NCBI GenBank assembly: GCA_030390025.1
Contig: CM059425.1
Span: 173,230,001 to 173,294,000 of the forward strand
Length of the DNA: 64,000 bases
Source: Squalus acanthias
Lineage: Eukaryota
Direction: 5' to 3'
Below are positions 38,018 through 51,213 of this stretch, piece by piece (within the stretch, counting starts at the first letter, position 1; the number at the start of each line of letters is the position of its first letter). The position numbers and the translations under genes were made by a program. The notes under the pieces were generated by a model, which was given only the letters and a program-made list of their open reading frames with translations, had not been told where the DNA came from and searched no databases.

Positions 38018-38785
38018 TCATAGAATCATAGAAATTTACGGCACAGAAGGAGCCCATTCAGCCCATCGTGTATGTGTCGGTCGAAAAAGAGCTATCCAGC
38101 CTAATCCCACATCCCAGCACTTGGTCCCTAACCCTGTAGGTTACGGCACTTCAAGTGCATATCCAAGTACATTTTAAATGTGATGAGCGTTTCTGCCTCT
38201 ACCACCCTTTCAGGCAGTGAGTTCCAGACCCCCACCACCCTCTGGATGAAAAAAGTTCTCCGCAACTCCCCTCTAATCCTTCTACCAATTACTTTAAATC
38301 TATGCCCTCTGGTTATTGACCTCTCTGCTAAGGGAAATATGTCCTTCCTATCCACTTTATCTAGGTTCCTCATAATTTTATACACCTCAATTAAGTCTCC
38401 CCTCAGCCTCCCCCGTTCCAAAGAAAACAACCCCAGCCTATCGAATCTTTCCTCATAGCTAAAATTCTCCGGACCTGGCAACATCCTCGTAAATCTCCTC
38501 TGTACCCTCTCTAGTGCATCTTTCCTGTAATGTGGTGACCAGAACTGTACGCAGTACTCTAGCTGTGGCCTAACTAGTGTTTTATACAGTTCAAGCATAA
38601 CCTCTCTGCTCTTATATTCTATGCCTCGGCTAATAAAGGAAAGTATCCTGTATGCCTTCTTAACCACCTTATCTACCTGTCCTGCTACCTTCAGGGATCA
38701 GTGGAGCTGCACTCCAAGGTCCCTCTGTTCCTCTACACTTCTCAGTATCCTACCATTTATTCCCTTGCCTTGTTAGCCTGCCCCA
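38018..38785 (-). mobile_element. CR1 3' fragment
   Basis: ORF 38128-38667 (LVRPQLEYCVQFWSP, RVVGVWNSLP); catagaatcatagaa tail. Confidence 0.92.
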
Positions 38786-39259
38786 GAGTAGCCAAATAGT
38801 ATAGTTTGGATCGTTCTCTTGTTTTGTTATAGAATCATAAAATCTTACAGCACAAAAGGAGGCCATTCAGCCCATCGTGGCCTGTGCTGGCTCTTTGAAA
38901 GAGTTACCAATTAGTCCCACTCCCTTGTTGTCTGCAGAACGTTTGAGGTTGCTGATTTTTTAAAATGATAATCACAGAGATTCTTGATGAACTTTAAGAT
39001 TAATGATTTATTGTTCTAAAGATGCTGGCTTATGTCTGAGCCTGATCATGCGATGGGGACAGAGAAGATTTGCCGCTTAATAAAGGCTATAGTTTTCTTT
39101 CCAGCGTTTGATGGCAAGTGTCTAAAAGTTCTGATTGAGGTGTGGCTCTTTTGTTGTTTATTATTTGGCACTTTCCAGGTTTTCCCCAACTAATATACAA
39201 AGTCATGTGATTTGCATAGGGTATGCTGCTCATTTACATTGGACAAGCAGCTCATTTAC

Positions 39260-39508
39260 ATGGGTAAACACTTCTACACACAAAGGGTGGTAGAAGTTTG
39301 GAACTCTCTTCCGCTAATGGCAATTGATGCTAGATCAATTGTTAATTTTAAATCTGAGATTGATAACTTTTTGTTAACTAAAGGTATTAAGGGATATGGG
39401 CCAAAGGCGGGTATATGGAGTTAGGTCGCAGATCAGCCATGATCTCATTGAATGGCGGAACAGGCTTGAGGGGCTCAATGGCCTACTCCTGTTCCTATGT
39501 TCCTATGT
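39260..39508 (+). mobile_element. Short CR1 3' end
   Basis: FYTQRVVEVWNSLP...GIKGYG; (ttcctatg)n tail. Smaller minus-strand tails lie at ~38828-38925 and ~39604-39680. Confidence 0.85.
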
Positions 39509-40005
39509 ATACTTTTAGTTAAAATCTGACTAAAAGGCTTAGATTTCTGCCACAGCATTACAAAATCTATCCTAAAATGGAGAGCAATCAGCTTGGTTGT
39601 AACTAGAATCGTACAACACAGAAGAAGGCCATTCGGCCCATTGTGCCTGTGCTGCCTCTTTGAAGGAGCTACTCAATTATGTTCTAATTGTTAATTAATA
39701 ATTACTAATTCATAATTACTAATGGAGTCTCAGCAAATTGCTTTTGAGTAATTGGTCTTCACAAGGTCACAAGATAATGACAGATGCCGAAAGCATTTCC
39801 ACATGTCTTAGTTCATTCATCTAGAAAGACCTCAATGTGTCCCAAACTCTTTTTTAATTGATTCTAGAGATTTAACCTCCACTCCAGGAGTCCAGTACAT
39901 ATTTTGATCATTCTTTGTGTGAAGAAATCTTTGAATGTGGCAGGACAAGTTGATAAAGCTGTTAAAAAAGCACATGAGATCTTTGGCTTTATAAATAGAG
40001 GCATC

Positions 40006-41979
40006 GGCCTAGAAATTTGTGTTTGCCACGAAAGTTGTCAGTGTCACTGGCAACTGGAGTTAACGGGCGCTGAAATTGGCTGCAACGCTAAGGAGAATAA
40101 ATTCATCTGGTGGGCTGGAGATTGGTGGTGCAGCGCTAACCTTCCATGCAACGCTCTCCATGGCATCAGTGGAGACCCCCGAGGCGATGTTCCCGTCCTG
40201 AAGTGGTGTTCAAGTTTTGCACAGCCTCTGGGAGCGAGGCTGTGGAGCTCGCAAGGAATTTCTTAATATCATAGTGGATGGATCGGTATATAGAGTTGGA
40301 TTGAAAGGTTTGCTTTGTGGTGGCTTTTATTTCAGTATCGTGGCCAAGAGGACGCTGTGATGGTCAGTAACAGAGGGAAGGTAAGGTGTGGGACTAATGC
40401 TGAAAGGGGAATTGGGGTTGTGGCTAATGGGACTGCAGGCGGAAGATTCCATCCTGGATATCCTGGCCAGAAAGGGGCTGACTGGGATGCATCCTTCCTT
40501 CTGCTTCCTCCTCTTCTGTGTCTTCTTCTTCTGCGTCATATGCTTATGGAGGGAGTCACAGCACACAGGGAGCTCCTCTTCCCTTCCGATGGACGGAAGA
40601 GACCACCCCAGGACATCAACATAGCCTGGTTGCACATTGCACAGGAGGACACAAGCAGGGATGTCATCAGGAGGACCTGGGTGCAGTGGCACAAACTTTC
40701 AATGATCTCATTAGATCATGAAACGTTAGTACAAAGCCGCACTCACCTTCATCCTGCTGTGTCTCTCATCACATCCCATCACTCTGCTTTCCCTACCCTA
40801 CCCCTACACATCCTTACTCACACCAAATTACCTTGCACCTCCACCCAGCCCTCTCTCTCTATCTACACTATCACATCCCCATCTCACTAGCCAACCCTCA
40901 CACTCACCCTCATCCTAGTGCAATCATACCAACTAACAACACACAAAGGGAGGCACTTGGGTGTTTTATCCAATGTTCATGTAACGTTTCTGTTAATGTG
41001 GTGTCAAACATTGAAATCTTTATTTTCAACACTTTGCGTTCTTAGACAGATTTGTGTGCACCTTTGGAAGTGGCTTAGTGAGTTGCAGTGAATGGTGAGA
41101 CATAACAGTACCCCCCGCAATGGTGGTGAGTGTGAAAGGAATGGTTTGGGCATTGTAGGGATGCTTTATGGTGTTGGGGTGGAATGGTGCCAACCTGGCG
41201 CATCATGTGGCAACCAGGGTGTACAGCGTCAAGTGAAGTAAATCTGGCCATGGTGAGGCCATCCCTGGCCTCCCGGGCAGCAATGTGCTCGGGTTCTGAT
41301 GCCCTCTGTCCTGTGCAGCATCAAGTGATTGCGGAGAAGGTTGGTGTTTTTGTTGGTGCTGCTGGTGTGCCTGGTGCTGCTGGTGTTGGGGCTGATCGTG
41401 GTCAGATTCTGAGGACCAAGGTGAGACAGTATAAAGGGCACCCATGTTGATGGAATAGATGACAGGTGAAGTCGAGATAACAGAAGTGATCTGTCAATGG
41501 TGAGCGAGTTCTTCCAAAGAGGTGATACTGGATGGAGAGTGGAAAGTGGAAAGCCTGCAGAATCTGTGCTGGAAATAGACTGAGAAACAGCTTGTGGCTG
41601 AGGAAAGTGAAGATCTGTCAGGTGGGAGCTTTTACTATACATTTGAAGCTGTCAAGGAATCAGCTGGAGCAATGGCCACTGAACTCCTGCCTCAGGTTGC
41701 CAGCCGTGGTCCCCGAACAACGTGGTTCCATGGCCATGAAGTTAAAGTGAAAAGGTAAGTTAAAAAAGCCTGTTAATGATCTGTGACCAAGGCAATAATG
41801 AGCTTAATTGTGTCGCCCACCGCTGCATGTTGGGTCTGCTCAGCGCTGACAGACTCGATATTGGGAAAGGCTCGTGGCGGCAGGTTCACAGCGGGGTCCC
41901 GACCCACTGTCAAAAAAAAACACTTTCCCACCTGACCCGCCACCGATCCCGCCCGCTGACCCCCCAGAAAATTCCACCC
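40006..41979. mobile_element. Internally deleted Harbinger (Myb exon on +, fused transposase ends on -) between CR1 fragments
   Basis: Termini ggcctagaaatt / aaaattccaccc, flanks atc/att; Myb GRKRPPQDINIAWLHIAQEDTSRDVIRRTWVQW at ~40540-40715; MGAL...Q-rich start joined to a REARDGLTMARF-like end at 41200-41445; CR1 pieces at 39915-40004 and 41985-42220. Confidence 0.75.
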
Positions 41980-42279
41980 ATTGTTACTCAACAAGTTGTT
42001 ATGATCTAGAATGCACTGCCTGAAAGGGTGGTGGAAGCAGATTCAGTAGTAACTTTCAAAAGGAAATTGGATCTCTACTTAAAATGGAAAAATTGGCAGG
42101 GTTATGGGGAAAGAGGAGGGGAGTGGGATTATTTAGATAGCTCTACCAAAGAGCCAGCACAGGCACAATGGGCTGAATGGCCTCCTTCTGTGCTGTATGA
42201 TTTCATGATTCTGTATGATAACCTTCCCAGTAGAAAGGACCCAGCAACTGGAGAGGCCACAGAATGTTTCTGAGTGTCT

Positions 42280-42540
42280 GGGCTAAAAAAAATACAGGGC
42301 ATCATAAATGGAACGTATGTGATCTTCAGGACTCCATATGTGAAGTCCAAAGTTTATATTGATGCAAGGGGGTTCACTCCATAAATCTGCAAGTAATTAC
42401 TGAACACACAAACATCCTGCAGCTCAATGCCCATTTTCAAAGAGCCCCATGACTTTCATTCTATAGCAGACCACCATACACCAACTATAGAAGGTCTAAT
42501 GGTTTGAATGGATGGCCTTTGTGAGATCAGGCTCATGACG
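42280..42540 (+). pseudogene. Decayed Harbinger transposase core fragment
   Basis: gggttcactccataaatctgcaagta...atcctgcagctcaatgcccatttt reads HSINLQV...ILQLNAHF, matching the HSHNVQLV...[10 protein letters not shown] region at 21620-21710. Confidence 0.55.
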
Positions 42541-43179
42541 TCCATTGGGAATTCCCCCACACAAGCAGAATGCCAATACAATGAAGACCCTGCCACATCC
42601 TGAGTTACACTGAGTAGAGCCTTGGGTAGACACCAGCATTTGTTTGCTGCTCCTCACCTGCCACCTCTACTGTCAAAGAAAAATGAGCCGTACAGCTTTG
42701 GCCCAATGAAAGATTGTGTGCAAAAGACCAATGGTTGTGTACAATGCTTGAAATGATACCTCCCAAACTTGCACTAGTCCCCAGCTAAAGTTTGTGTCAT
42801 GGTTGATGGGCCCCACAAGAAATGTGAGTGACATTGAAAACCCACACCTCTATACTCGCGAACTACCACCCCATCTCCAACTTTCCTTTTCACTCCAAGG
42901 TCCTTCAACATGTTGTTGCCTCCCAGATCCGTGCCCATCTCTCCCACAACTCTTTGTTTGAATCCCTCCAATCACATTTCCACCTTTCCCCTAGTACCAA
43001 AACGGTCATAATCAAAGTCACAAACTGCATTCTCTGTAACTGTGACTATCCCACCTCACCTTCCTCGACCCAGCTTTGAACACAACCACACCATCCTCCT
43101 CCAACATCTCTCTGCCATTGCCAAGTACTATGGAACTGTCCTTGCTCGATTCTACACTCCAATGGTAGCCAGAGGTGAC

Positions 43180-44115
43180 AAGGTATGGTTGCTAAATTTG
43201 CTGATGACACAAAGATAGGTAGGAAAATAAATTGTGAAGAGGACATAAGGAGGCTACAAAGGGATATAGATAGGTTAAGTGAGTGGGCAAAGATCTGGCA
43301 AATGGAGTATAATGTGGGAAAATGTGAAATTGTCCATTTTGGCAGGAAGAATAAAAAAGAAGCATATTATCTAAATGGTGAGAGATTGCAGAGCTCTGAG
43401 ATGCAGAGGGATCTGGGTGTCCTAGTGCATGAATTGCAAAAGGTTAGTATGCAGGTACAGCAAGTAATTAGGAAAGCTAATAGAATTATTGTTTATTGTG
43501 AGGGGAATTGAATACAAAAGTAAAGAGGTTATGCTTCAGTTATACAGGGCATTGGTGAGACCACATCTGGAATACTGTGTACAGTATTGGTCTCCTTATT
43601 TAGGGAAGGATGTAAATGCGTTGGAAGCAGTTCAGAGAAGGTTTACTAGACTAATACCTGGAATGGGCGGGTTGTCTTCTGAGGAAAGGTTGGATAGACT
43701 AGGCTTGTATCCGCTGGAGTTTAGAAGAGTAAGAGGTGACTTGATTGAAACATATAAGATCCTGAGGGGTCTTGACAGGGTGGATGTGGAGAGGATGTTT
43801 CCTCTTGTGGGAGAATCTAGAACTAGGGGTCACTGTTTAAAAATAAGGGGTCGCCCATTTAAGACAGAGATGAGGAGAATTTTTTTCTCACAGAGGGTCG
43901 TGAGTCTTTGGAACACTCTTCCTCAGAGGGCGGTGGAAGCAGAGTCTTTGAATATTTTTAAGGCAGAGGTAGATAGATTCTTGGTAAGCAAGGGGGTGAA
44001 AGGTTATCGGGGGTAGGTGGGAATGTGGAGTAATCGGATCAGCCATGATCTTGTTGAATGGCGGAGCAGGCTCGAAGGGCCAAGTGGCCTACTCCTGCTC
44101 CTAATTCGTATGTTC
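43180..44115 (+). mobile_element. CR1 3' fragment
   Basis: ORFs 43185-43511 (KFADD) and 43489-44016; 3' UTR module at 44035-44115. Confidence 0.93.
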
Positions 44116-44396
44116 GTAGAGCATCTCTAGCAAAGGCTTCTTTCCTCAGTCCTGCACCATCAGCTCTAGACTCCCCCAGGGAACCATCCTTAACTCCCTC
44201 TGAGTCAAAGACATGCTGCCTTTTGTCAGCATTATTCAGATATTCATCAGTTTCCACCAATAACACCTAGCTCTACCTCTCCACCACATCTCTTCATCCA
44301 TCCATTGCCTATGTGTTGTCAGACTGCTTGTCCAACAGCCAGTCTTGGGTGAGCCTTAACTTCCTTCAGCTAAACAATGGGAAGACTAAAGCCAAT

Positions 44397-45071
44397 GGAC
44401 TAGAAATTCAGTGTCTTAGCGCCTCCTGTTAGCGCCTCCGGGGGGGCGATAACGGGGCGCTAAGGACTTACTGCCCGGGCACGGCGATGTTACTGCCGCC
44501 CACGAAATTCACCTGGAATTTGCGGCGGCGTTAACCCCTAGCGCCACTATCTCCTGCGCCCGGAGATCATGATGTCATCCGGTTGCGCATCGCCCGATAG
44601 TGCCCCGGACCCGAAATTCATTTCTGCCCCCTGCAGCATCATGGGGCGATGACACCGACAGCTGCAGGAGGCGTTGATCGGGAGACCGGGGGCGATACTT
44701 AAAGGTGAGGTGGCCGAGATAGGTTAAAAAAACATCTGAAATGCTTTTTGTGGTTTTTTTTGTTTGGTCGCCACCCATCGATCAGCCCGGCACCCTGCTG
44801 CAGTGCATCGGGCTGATTGGACCACATCGCGGCTGCCGTCGGGGAGCAGGTAGATTTTTCCCCTTGCAGAGCCTGCAGCGATGGCCCTTCCCTTTAAGGG
44901 AGGGAGGAGCCTTCCAACATGGCAGCGCTGCACAACTTCCGTCCCGCCTGCTGCCTGTTGCGCTCCAGGAATGAAGTGGAGGGCTTGATTTAGCGTTCCA
45001 CTTCCTTCCTGGAGCGCAAAACCAAATTTTCTAAAAGTTGAGAAAGATTAGCTATAATGAATTTCTCCCCC
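44397..45071. mobile_element. GC-rich Harbinger-type MITE
   Basis: Termini ggactagaaattca / tgaatttctccccc; the 5' ~250 bp are homologous to 48225-48450. Confidence 0.7.
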
Positions 45072-46814
45072 ATAATCTTCGGCTCCCACCACAAACCCCT
45101 TCTGACTCAAGCTGAACTAGACTGTTTGCAACCTCAGTATTCTGTTTGATCCCATATCCTCTCCATCACAAAGGCTGCCTACTTTCATCTCTGTATCATT
45201 GTTATATTGCTATTTGTAGGACCTTGCTGTGCGTAAATTGACTGCCGCGTTTCCTACATTACAACAGTGACTACATTTTAAAAGTACTTCCTTGGCTGTA
45301 AAACACTTTGGGACATGCTGAGGTTGTAAAAAGCGATTTATAAATACAAGTTCTTTATTTTTTCTAACTCTGACCATCTGCCACTGAAACCATCATCTTT
45401 ACCTTGATCACCTCCAGACTAAGTTACTCCAATGCTCTAATGGCCAGCTTCCCATCTTCCACCCTCCATAAACTTCAGCTCATCCAAAACTCTGCTGCCC
45501 ACATCCAGTCCACTAACAGCTTAAAATAAAATTCTCATCTTGATGTTTAAATTCCTCCTGTCTATGCCTATAGAAATCCATTTTTTTTTCTTCTTTCTGT
45601 TACCTCCTCCAGCCCTATAAAATCCCCCCCACCCCTCCCCCAACCCCCTAACCCCACTTCCAGTAAACTCTGACTCTGGTCTCTTTTCATCTCACCTTTT
45701 GCATTCATGCCTTAAGCAGCCTAGGGCTCACTTGCTGTAATTCAACATTAAACCCATTACCCATCCCTCCCACTCCAACGCAGCCATGCCACATCCTGGG
45801 AGAGGAAGGCAGCAACCATTTAAGTTCTGCTACCCAGCCAGATTTTGCACCCTCCAGCCAACTCTGCTACAGGACTAGCTCTCTGGGAAAGCTTTTCATG
45901 TGCCAGTAGCCTATTCAATTTAAGTGGAGGGACCATCGGCAATTGTTACAAGACCCACCATCTGAGCTGTGGGTGCAGGTGCGCCTGTGCCATGGGCCAG
46001 AGAGACCCCATTTTTGTTTCTATCAGATAATCGGGGCTTTGAAATCCATTGGTTACAGTCACCCACCAGTCAATTCTCATTTGTACTTATTTGTTATTCC
46101 TGCATAAATGAATCATAGCTACCCCTGAGAGACTCTTTGCGTCTGCAATGATAATCTTGATGTCACGTATCTGCCCCTTTAAAAAGTGTAAACAGAATGC
46201 TTCCTGTGTAAATATTTTAATGTAGTAGATGGAGATATAGACACTCTGCATATGGAGACTGTTAATCACAACCCAACGCACTGGGTAATTCCACTGTAGC
46301 AAGTGTGGCTGTTTTTAGATTGTCTGTTATTGTAGCAGCAATAATAGGAAGCTGACTTAATGTTCGTTTCTTCAGGAAACTAGTGTTGATTTGAAAACAT
46401 TAAATATTTGTTTTTCTTTTCTGGTCCGATAGATGTGGCAGTACGAAGTATGATTACAGATGTTATCTACACTAGTACCAGCAGCGTCAGTTACACTCTC
46501 TCTCCCCCAGTTTGTGTGCAATCACGGACCAGAAATAGAGACCTGTAACACCTCCCCATTTGCACAGAGGTCCCTTTCCCTTAAGCCTAGGCGAGAACGC
46601 AAGAGGCTCCCGCCTGCAATGGGCGTGAGTTTCATAGTAATATTCAAATATGTGGGAGTGATGTCATCATGGTCGGTACTACTGCCAAATCACTCCCAGA
46701 TATAATGGATATCCAGGATTACTAGCAGATTCGCTGTAAATGGATGTACATTTATGGGAAAACTAAAAAGCTTATATTAACAGCCTGAAGGCATTTTGAA
46801 CCCATTTTCTTAAA

Positions 46815-47160
46815 AAAGCACCTTTCATGACATCTCAAAGCACTTCACAGACAATTAAATACTTTTGAACTGTCGTCCCTGTTGTTATGTAGATAAACAC
46901 GGCAGTTAATTTACACACAGTAAGATCCCACAAGCAACAAATGAATGTATGGCCAAATGATCTGTTTTTGGTGATGTTTTTGAGAGAAGAAAGTTGGCCA
47001 GGAGAACAGGAGAACTCCCTGTTCTTCTTCTAGTAGTGCCATGGAATTGTTTGTATCCACCTGAGTAAGCAGACAGGGTTTTGGTTTAATGTCTCATCCA
47101 AATGGCAGCACCTCAACAATGCTGCACTTCTTTAGCACTGCACTGAAGTGTCAGCCAACA
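46815..47160 (-). mobile_element. SINE copy (family of 347-595)
   Basis: ttggccaggagaacaggagaactccctgttcttcttctagtagtgccatgg and the tail motifs. Confidence 0.6.
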
Positions 47161-47183
47161 TTACAGTCTACTGCTGATTCAAA

Positions 47184-47769
47184 GGGGAGAATTTTTCTGG
47201 GAGTTAGCGGGTGCGTTTGGTGGCGGGTCGACTAGGAATTTTTTTTTGACAGCGGGTCAGGAACTAAGATCTTTAAAGGTTTGCGCCACTGCAGCCTGGT
47301 CCTCCTGACGATATCCCTTCTTGTGCCCTCCTGTGCAATGTGCAAGCAGGCTGCGTTGATCTCCTGGGGAGGTCTCTTCCGCCCATTGGAAGGGAAGAGA
47401 ACCTCCCTGCATGCTGTGACTCCCTCCATAAGCATATGGAGGGAGTCATGAGAGAGCATGGGTGCAGCCATGCATCTCTGTGCAGTGATCGTCAGTGCTT
47501 GCAGCACCTCAATGCTGTTGAACACTGGCAGCACAACTGTCAAAAGCAATTTGTGCACGGTCCCTTTAAGAAAACCGGCTGATAACACATCATCGAATGA
47601 CATCATCAGACCCGCTTCCTTCAATTGGCCGGCAAATGCGCTGGGCGGGCTTAACAAGCCCAATCACGGAAAAATCATTCTACAGAGCGGGCTGGAGCCA
47701 GCAGCGAGGTCAGGACCCACCATTGACTCCGGCCGCACCAGATTCGCCGAGGTAGGGGAAATCGCGGCC
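47184..47769. mobile_element. Small Harbinger derivative retaining only a Myb exon (on -)
   Basis: Termini ggggagaatttt / gaaatcgcggcc with aaa on both flanks; EVLFPSNGRKRPPQEINAACLHIAQEGTRRDIVRRTRLQWRK, closely related to 40540-40715. Confidence 0.75.
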
Positions 47770-48201
47770 AAAGTTTCTTAATTCAAATTACTGGATAATT
47801 TCAATTGTGCTTAAATGAGCTACTGTGCAATTTAATGAATTAATTAATTTGATTTTCTAAATGATTTGTTTTTTGGGGGCAAAACATGAACAAGAATTAT
47901 CAGAAGTAGACTTTTTACAAGAGGCTTGAAGTAAGACTTGAACCCACAACTTACTGACTCAAAGACACGAGTGCTACCAGCTGAGCCGAGCTGACACTCT
48001 TAGGTGATTAGCGAGCCTTTGTGGTAATTGCTCTGCTGTTTATTTTTTTCTTCCACCTCTATTAGTGCCAGCAATGGATTTCCAAATTGAAGTGTCCATA
48101 TACGTGGGGTGGGGTGGTGGGGGTGGGAGAGTGGGGATTGCTAGGCATCCATCTAAAGGCCTGCCCAAAAATTGAATCAGGCAGGGAAATGGGCGTACAA
48201 G

Positions 48202-49092
48202 GGGGGAAAAATTTGTTTGGTTTGCCCCTCCTGTTAGCGCCTTAAGAGGGCGCTAATGGGGCACAAAGCAACTAGCGCCCAGGCGCGGCGATGTTTGCGC
48301 CGCTCGCGGAATTGACCAGACATTTTGCGGCAGCGCTAAACACTACCGCCACGATCTCCTGCGCCCGCAGATCGTGACGTCAGTCGAGCATGCAACGCCC
48401 CGGTAGCGCCCCGGACCGGATATTGAGTGGCGCCCCCTGCCTTACCGCCTGCCGCTAGCAGCGACATGTAGAGGGGAACGTTTTGCAGTCGGGAAGGGAC
48501 TGGGGGAGCGCTATTTAAAGGCGAATGCATCCTGCCTTTTTTGTCGGTGACATTTTTGCACCACGCATTCTGAGTGAGAGAGAGAGACTTCTGGAGAGAT
48601 TCAACGCTGTGTTGAGGAGTTTTGGGTACTGAGCAGCACTTTGCAGGTTCATTTTGATTTGATCTTCCTTGCATCGATTTAGAAGAGACTATGGGGGCTG
48701 CACTATGAGCTCTTTCCATGGGCCTCTCCATTGTTCTTTCCAGCAGATTTGATGTACAGGTCTCTCCAGGTCGAGATTCAAGGCTGCAATGAGCAGGGTT
48801 TGGATGGAGAGCAAGATCGACCCTCCCCTTTAAGAACTGGCCGGTGCCAGTATGTCTGTGTTCCATTGCTGACTGACATCACATGAGCTTCGCCAGCACT
48901 CTGAGTTAGCGCCTCGCTCCTCGGCGTTAGCGCCTTAAGAGAGGTGTGTAGTGCCTGATTTAGAGCTCCAATCACCTCCAGGGGCAATAGAAGCCAAGTT
49001 TGCAGTCGGAGGTGATAATTAGCGCCAGGCGCTAAACTTTGCGCCCGGCCGATAATTGCGCCCCAAACGGGGCGATACCGAATTTCTCCCCC
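48202..49092. mobile_element. GC-rich Harbinger-type MITE (family of 44397-45071)
   Basis: Termini gggggaaaaatt / aatttctccccc; aag on both flanks; many subterminal ttagcgcc motifs. Confidence 0.75.
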
Positions 49093-49264
49093 AAGGTCCC
49101 TACCAGATTTTCCTCTTCCAGTCACCCATTTTTCAGGTGACAAGCAGGCAGTTGGCAGTTGAACCCATCCCCCCCACTGCACCCCACTCCCCGCAACTCC
49201 ACCCCTCCACCCCTACCCCCAGGAGTGGGACTGAACAAGAATGAAAGCAAAATCAAATGCAAGA

Positions 49265-49610
49265 CTTGGAGTGAGACTAAAAGAAAGAGAAATACTGGGA
49301 GCAAGACTTAAAAAGAAACAGTACAGTCGTGGTTAGAAACAGAAGTACTGGGAGTGGCACTAAAAAAAACACAAATACTGGGAGTGATAAGTAAAAGAAA
49401 ATAATTGAAGCAACAATTTAAAAAACCCCACAAAAACTGAGTGGGACTAAAAATGAATAGCAGAGCTGTAATTAAAAAAGCAATGCTGAAGACAGGAGTT
49501 AAAAAGAAATACTGGGAACAACATGACAAAAATATACCTGGAACAGCACTTTAAAGACAAACAGTAGGAGGAAGGGAAAAACCCCACAAAGAGCCGAAGT
49601 GGGACTTGGA
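49265..49610. repeat. Degenerate A-rich minisatellite (roughly 25-30-bp period)
   Basis: Recurring aaatactgggag / agtgggact motifs separated by A-tracts. Confidence 0.55.
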
Positions 49611-51213
49611 ATAAAATTAGAAAGATGAGGAGTGAGAATAGCATGCCATGGCATAATAGTTGCAGGCAAGATCATCGGGTGGACTTTGGGTTGTGGGTGG
49701 AGGGAGGGATCTGAGCAGAACTTGATGGAGCTTTCAGATCAAAGGGAGTAAAGGATGTGGTTAGAGCGGAGGCTTCTTCTTTTCTACCCTTTGAGAATAT
49801 TACCTTAACCCTTTCAAACCACTCCTTCACACCCTGTACCATAGCATGCACATTGCAGCAGTTTTGTACTACTTCCCCCGATTGGCCACATCATATTTTC
49901 CAGTCCCGGTGTTGCTCTCCCTCCCTTCTCTCCTGGTTCTTTGCTGCTGCTTAAGACCTATACCCTCACATTTCTTTATATTGCCACCAACCCATCCCTT
50001 TCCCATCATGACCTAACTCTTAGCATCTCCTTTGCCTTACCCCTCATCTCCTGTCACTTAACTGTTATCATCCCACCTAATCCATTTATAGCCCCGGCAT
50101 CACCCACTATCTTCCCACTGTATGTGTGTTCCTCACTGCTTTAATCTTTCTTTCTCCCTCTGTCAGTGACCCCTTTCATTCCATGTAATCCACATATAAC
50201 CCCAGCCTCACCCTCCCCACACTTGCGAGACTTCCCATGGTGCTCTATCCTCCTTATTTCCCTTTTCCCATCGACCCCTTTATCTCCTGATTTTTGGTTG
50301 GCCCTCCATGTCCCCTCTCTCCTTGTGCCATCCTCCCTCTCTGGCTGCCTCCTATCACCCTCTCTGATTGCCCCTATCACCCCACTTCGGCTGATCTGCC
50401 ATGACTCCTGCTTGGCTTAATCCCCACCATCCCTGTGGATGATCCCCATCCTCTCCGTGTTGCCTAGCTCCCTAATCCCCAGCAGGTGAACCCTAAATTC
50501 TTTTATTTGTTGTTTAAAGCATTGAAGAACAAATAGAGCTGTTTTGAAAAAGGCCTGCAAGCCGGTGAAGAAAGACAGGAGTTGGATTGCTGATGGTTGG
50601 GAACTACAGAGAACAGAGGACGTTATCACTTGCCTGAAATAAAAGCTTTGAGAATCCAATCTCCAGTTTCTTTCAAAGTCTTTTGGAAAATGCAAAGAAA
50701 CTCTCATATCCTCATGAAGTGAGAGGACACACCCTTATACCATTCAACTCATGTTAATATACATATTACATGCTGGGAAATACTGCAATCTCCACAAGCT
50801 CAGGATATAGATGTGATTGAAAGCTCTCTCCAACTGTAGTGAGGTAAAAAATATCCAGTCGAAGCCCTGGCTTTTGAGACATTTTGAGACCTTGAAGTAA
50901 AAATTTAATGAAGGCATTAAATGACACAGATGACAACTCCATGGATAAATGTAATCACATTATTGCAAAATGTATAATATTTTAAATGTTTTATTTTGTT
51001 TAAAACCTTATTTTGATCATTAGAAATATCTAAAAATAATTTGGTGGTCAAAAGTATTTTCAGATAGCAGTTTGAGTGATTGTGGGGAAATGATAATACA
51101 GTGCTATCCAGTGTCATGACAGCTAATAGTATTATCATTTAACATTGGAATTCCCATAAGAGCGCCACCTAGTATAGTTACAGGTAAGTGTGAGAGGTAA
51201 GTGTTGACACTAA

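Larger units (their letters stand above)
42820..45560 (+). mobile_element. Old L2-type LINE remnants interrupted by CR1, a MITE and a SINE tail
   Basis: LANYHPISNFPFHSKVLQHVVASQI...LFESLQS (42828-43079); FLQLNNGKTKA near 44360-44395; 3' part at 45380-45560. Confidence 0.65.

Noticed and set aside
46087..46302. Minus-strand exon (GQIRDIKIIIADAKSLSG)
   Set aside because: Weak donor and no recognisable homology.
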